DNA of 64,000 bases from a virus, in the IMG/VR virus record IMGVR_UViG_3300045988_067909. One strand, given 5' to 3'. Below the pieces are notes generated by a model. That model saw nothing but the letters and a program-made list of their open reading frames with translations. It had not been told where the DNA came from and made no database searches. Positions 60,095 to 64,000 of this stretch are shown piece by piece (within the stretch, counting starts at the first letter, position 1; every line of letters begins with the position of its first letter). The position numbers were made by a program, and so were the translations under genes.

Positions 60095-62113
60095 CTAATT
60101 ATACATATGCATTATTCTATTCATTACAGTTTGAGTTAATGCTTGCATTGGGCCATTAGATAATAACTGTGTAGCTTGTCCTTTGATAGACCAATATGAT
60201 AATCTAAAAGCACGACCAATATCTGTTTGGTTAATATTTACACCAGCCATATTAGCTAGGTAAGTTAAAGCATTTACATTCTTTAATGAACTTTCCATAG
60301 ATAGATTACCAGATAAATCACCTATTACATCAGGAGCAATGATGTTCATACTATGATATAAGTCTTTGATATCCATAGATACTTCGACTACAGTTGGTAA
60401 ACCATCAATAGTCCATCCGCCATCTGTACCCTTAGTGATAGATAGTGAACCAATCATACCACTATCTATACTAAAGAACCCTTTATAGAATGCTCTGACT
60501 AAGAATGGAGATGCATAACCATTAGCACCCATTTGTCTTGGAGCAGCCATACATATTAGATGAATAAGTGGTGCACCTATATTTAGGAACCAGCTATATT
60601 TATCAAAATCAGGTGTAGTCAATTTAAGATTAACCGTATAACTTACACTATGACTAGAGTCTGACCATATTTCTGGGAATACTAGCTTACCACCAGCAAA
60701 TACAGTTTTAGCACCAGTCTTTAAGTTATCAATGAAAGTACCAAAGCTACCAAACATGTTATCACCAGCATTTTTACTATCTGATGCAGTATTATTGATT
60801 ACATTACCGCTACTAGTATTAGCATTATCATAGAATGAGATATTAGTTAAACCAGTAATGAATTGTAACTCTCTAACCATACCAGACATCTCATTAACTT
60901 TAGATGCTAATTGTGATTGAGTCGTATCATTACTAAAAGATTCAGAAATAGATGTTTCTGAGTTTAGATAGAATGCTACAGCACCATAATAAGATAGTTG
61001 TTTAGACAATGAAGATGTGGATGTTAAAGTAGACCAATCAAAATTACCAATCTTACCACCATACGGTGAATCTTCATCAGATATACCTAGGTAAGCTGCT
61101 AATGCATTAGTCATAGCATTTACATAAGTAAAATACTCTTTCTTAGCAAAACGTAATTGGTAATACTTAGTTTCTTTACCTTTACCAACTATACCATCAG
61201 CTAATGACTGTAAGGATATACCATCAGCACCACCAGATAGTTTCTGAATCAAAGCATTCTTTTCTTTACTAGAATATCCTGCTAAGAATTCTGGTAACCC
61301 TGGTGTCATAATTAATAATGGTATCTTAGATGCTATCTTAGCACCAAAAGTTCTACCTATATCAGTACCAGGAATACGTCTATCTGCTATATCCATCCAT
61401 TGGTAAGGCATACCAAATACACGATATAACTGAGATGTTTCAAATTCATTGATATTGATATTATAAGCATTAAAGTTTGATGCAGCTGCCATATCAGCAG
61501 TAGATGCTAATGAATCTTCATATTCACGTTTTTGACCAGCAGCTACATCTTTACCAGAGTTCTTTATAATAGCATCTCTACCAGCTTTATAACCCTGCTC
61601 TAATGTCATACCAGCATTACCTTGACCAGCTACAGCTTTAACTGGGCTTTTATTAGCACCTTTAGAAGCACTACCATTACTATAGTCTACAGCTGTACCA
61701 GCAACACCCAATTCGGTTACAATATTACCTTTAATCATCTTTTGATTTTCGGCACTACCAGTACCCCAGTAATCTGCTGATACTTCTGCTGCTCTTTGAC
61801 GAATAGTAGCTTGCTCTTGAGGGCTCATATTACTATAATTAGATATCTCTTTAGCCATACGATAGTACTGTATTTCACCATCAGACATCTTATCAGTACC
61901 AAGACGTTCAGCAGCCTCAGTAAACATTTGATAGTTTGCCAAATCTGTTTGGTTGAAAGGTTTACCTAATGCAAGTTTTTCTGTACTACTAGAATTGAGT
62001 ACAGTTGACATTGTTTTTTTAAGTTTATCAGCGTCTCCACCAATACCATCTAAACCTTCATTACGTAAATTATTTAATGCTCTATCTGCCATATCTGTAG
62101 CAGTGGATGCCAC
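60095..62113 (-). CDS. Large virion-type protein (672 aa); tail-sheath-like size, function unproven
   Basis: Long ORF in the structural-looking block; moderately biased codon usage. Confidence 0.6.
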   Translation of the reverse strand: MASTATDMADRALNNLRNEGLDGIGGDADKLKKTMSTVLNSSSTEKLALGKPFNQTDLANYQMFTEAAERLGTDKMSDGEIQYYRMAKEISNYSNMSPQEQATIRQRAAEVSADYWGTGSAENQKMIKGNIVTELGVAGTAVDYSNGSASKGANKSPVKAVAGQGNAGMTLEQGYKAGRDAIIKNSGKDVAAGQKREYEDSLASTADMAAASNFNAYNININEFETSQLYRVFGMPYQWMDIADRRIPGTDIGRTFGAKIASKIPLLIMTPGLPEFLAGYSSKEKNALIQKLSGGADGISLQSLADGIVGKGKETKYYQLRFAKKEYFTYVNAMTNALAAYLGISDEDSPYGGKIGNFDWSTLTSTSSLSKQLSYYGAVAFYLNSETSISESFSNDTTQSQLASKVNEMSGMVRELQFITGLTNISFYDNANTSSGNVINNTASDSKNAGDNMFGSFGTFIDNLKTGAKTVFAGGKLVFPEIWSDSSHSVSYTVNLKLTTPDFDKYSWFLNIGAPLIHLICMAAPRQMGANGYASPFLVRAFYKGFFSIDSGMIGSLSITKGTDGGWTIDGLPTVVEVSMDIKDLYHSMNIIAPDVIGDLSGNLSMESSLKNVNALTYLANMAGVNINQTDIGRAFRLSYWSIKGQATQLLSNGPMQALTQTVMNRIMHMYN

Positions 62114-62151
62114 TTTGAAGTAAATACCATGGGGCAGTGCAGCTTCCCCGT

Positions 62152-62799
62152 TTATTTTCCCCGGAATGGATCCTCTTCAGCTTTAGCACGTGCTTTAGCA
62201 TACATACCATCAGCATTTTCATTATTGTAACGAGCATATGGGTCATATTGTTTAACCATAACCAATGTTTTAGTTGGAATCCATTGGTTAATACCGTTTT
62301 TAACACGATGACCTAATAAAGTCAAACGACGAGAAGAATCTAGCATATAAACTACATGATAGCAGTTTGGTAAGCAAAGTTCTTTAGCAATCTTTTGACC
62401 ATATGCATTTACAGAACCTGGTTTAATACCAACGATATCATTGTATTTCAAAGTACGAGAGTCTACTGGTGGGAATTGTGCAATATTAGAAGTATCTTCT
62501 TCTAAATAGTCAAATGTACCATATGTAGAAGAGATACGTACCCAACGTTCTGGCCTACCAGGTTCACTAACTCTACCCCATACATTCTCACGTTCTTTAG
62601 AGATTTCTGGTGGTACTGCATAAATAATACCAGGAGCAAAGCCATAAATATGTACTACTTCACCTGGACGTACAAATGCACGCATAAGACCACGGTCATC
62701 AGGTGTTTCACGTACATATAAAGGTTTCTTACTTGTATTGACATAAACTTTATATTCAACCTTGTTTTCTGAGGTTGTCTTATTTTCAATGTCAGGCAT
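62152..62799 (-). CDS. Hypothetical protein (216 aa)
   Basis: Start moved to the internal ATG preceded by AAGGAGGTAAATAAT on the minus strand. Confidence 0.55.
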   Translation of the reverse strand: MPDIENKTTSENKVEYKVYVNTSKKPLYVRETPDDRGLMRAFVRPGEVVHIYGFAPGIIYAVPPEISKERENVWGRVSEPGRPERWVRISSTYGTFDYLEEDTSNIAQFPPVDSRTLKYNDIVGIKPGSVNAYGQKIAKELCLPNCYHVVYMLDSSRRLTLLGHRVKNGINQWIPTKTLVMVKQYDPYARYNNENADGMYAKARAKAEEDPFRGK

Positions 62800-62884
62800 A
62801 TTATTTACCTCCTTAGAAAAGAAAAATAAAAATTTAATAAGATGTTCCACTAGGCCAATTTACAGACCTAGTGGGACTATAATA

Positions 62885-64000
62885 CTACAATTCTGGATCC
62901 CAAGGAATACCCATAATATCTTTTACATGTCTACTAAGCTCAATAAGAACTTTATTCATAGCAGCCATAATAAGTACAGAGCCTACCATACGACCATTAA
63001 TGGAATGTGTCGCTAGTAGCGTATGTACTTTTTCGTCTTTACGATATTCACTTACAGGTTCTTTACCTTTAGGGAAGATAGATTTTACTACACCTTTTAA
63101 TGCGGAGTAGTATACTAGTTTATCACCTACACCCATAGTATCATCATACTTCACATAGAATTCAATAAGAACTTTATCTTCAGCATGTTTTAGTTTACCA
63201 GTTGCAGGTAATTTACCAGTAGAATCATATTCTTTTGTAGATATATTCAATTTTTCAAGACGTTTCTTAGTTTTATTGATACTAGATTCATAATCTTCTA
63301 CAGTCTTACGTAATGTAGGAGATAATTCTTCTAATTCATTAGTACGATAAATCTTGATACCTTGTAATACACCAGTTACTTTAGATTTGACTTTAATTTT
63401 ACCTAAATCTCCAGCTTCATCACCATCTAACTTAAGCTTAGCTAAAATATCATTAGATGTTTCATCTTCTGAAGCTATTTGATAAGTGAATAAAGTGTCA
63501 CCCTCTTGTACAGGTGTACCTACTTTAGCAATGAAGTCTACTATATCTTCTTTATTAAGTCTTACGTCTATTTGTAAGACTACATCAGAAGACATATCAC
63601 CAGATAATTTATCAGATATGATAGCGCTATCTTCAAAACCTTCGTCAGTATTCATAATAGCTATCTTTGCTAATGTACCGATATTGTATGATAGATTACC
63701 AGTACCAACGTTATCAGAATAACTGGATTTATCATATGCTACAATATCACCAGGTTTAACTTTAGAACCAACTTTAAGATCAGTATCTAATTTAAGATTA
63801 ACGAAGAAACCACCATCAGAGTTCTTTTCTATACGATTACGTAAGTCAACGTGTTCAACCATATCCTGTTCTGGATATCTAATAATCATATAGTCATCAG
63901 TTAACTCTGTAATTACACCTTTGTATTTAGCTTTAAAAGCAAATGTATCAGATGTCATATAAGGTAATGCTTGGTCTGCACCATTAGTTACTAATAATGG
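62885..64000 (-). CDS. Hypothetical protein, 5' end outside the window (more than 371 aa)
   Basis: The open frame continues upstream of the ORF-track Met to the window edge with no stop. Confidence 0.55.
   Translation of the reverse strand, partial: PLLVTNGADQALPYMTSDTFAFKAKYKGVITELTDDYMIIRYPEQDMVEHVDLRNRIEKNSDGGFFVNLKLDTDLKVGSKVKPGDIVAYDKSSYSDNVGTGNLSYNIGTLAKIAIMNTDEGFEDSAIISDKLSGDMSSDVVLQIDVRLNKEDIVDFIAKVGTPVQEGDTLFTYQIASEDETSNDILAKLKLDGDEAGDLGKIKVKSKVTGVLQGIKIYRTNELEELSPTLRKTVEDYESSINKTKKRLEKLNISTKEYDSTGKLPATGKLKHAEDKVLIEFYVKYDDTMGVGDKLVYYSALKGVVKSIFPKGKEPVSEYRKDEKVHTLLATHSINGRMVGSVLIMAAMNKVLIELSRHVKDIMGIPWDPEL

Noticed and set aside
60095-62113. Assignment of the 672-aa protein as tail sheath and of neighbours as tube or baseplate
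   Set aside because: This rests on size and position only, with no sequence motif recognisable by eye. I kept it as a low-confidence note rather than a call.
62800-62850. N-terminal extension MEHLIKFLFFFSKEVNN of the 62152 gene
   Set aside because: The strong SD (AAGGAGGTAAATAAT) sits immediately before the internal ATG at 62799, and the extension is hydrophobic low-complexity read through the RBS.
1-64000. tRNA genes, CRISPR arrays, integrase, transposase, tubulin (PhuZ) GGGTGSG motif
   Set aside because: I scanned the intergenic regions and protein list by eye. There is no cloverleaf-compatible sequence with a GTTCRANYC T-loop, no spacer-repeat array, no recombinase motif and no tubulin signature. 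This absence is only as reliable as a manual scan.

Overview
This window is about one-third GC, densely coded on both strands, and has no rRNA, tRNA, CRISPR array or integrase or transposase that I could see. I read it as a slice of a large virulent (jumbo-type) phage genome. Hallmark genes support this. A multisubunit RNA polymerase beta-prime is split into an N-terminal gene (10553-12232, DYDGD metal site, beta-prime N-terminal patches) and a C-terminal gene (15459-17585, bridge-helix match). A family-B DNA polymerase fragment (12651-14714, motifs B, C and KKRY but no exonuclease motifs or motif A) sits antisense between the two RNAP halves. There is an SF2 DEAH helicase (17643-19223), a Zn-ribbon/TOPRIM primase (39062-40111), a P-loop kinase (25227-25889) and a GroEL/thermosome-like chaperonin (32017-33879, GDGTTSATLLA). 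A codon-biased 696-aa protein (27031-29121) is a candidate major capsid protein and is preceded by a polyacidic repeat protein. Most other ORFs are orphans that I cannot name from sequence. The most unusual element is a radical-SAM/SPASM-type enzyme (9072-10136) flanked by two small translationally linked ORFs, a possible peptide- or protein-modification module. Other observations worth follow-up are a duplicated ~125-bp regulatory leader with a conserved inverted repeat driving two unrelated minus-strand microproteins (42169-42830), a family of terminator hairpins sharing the core TATAGGCAATGCCTATA at four loci, a 600-bp noncoding region with nested palindromes at the left end, two tandem polyacidic small proteins (41469-42095), and a tandem paralog family (50628-54714) with conserved N-terminal LEDTA(E/Q)S-like leaders. 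Gene order is modular. The minus block 710-6485 and the plus block 6583-42095 are interrupted by a few antisense genes. The minus block 42169-46666, the plus block 46795-54714 and the minus block from 54763 to the window end look structural or virion-related.
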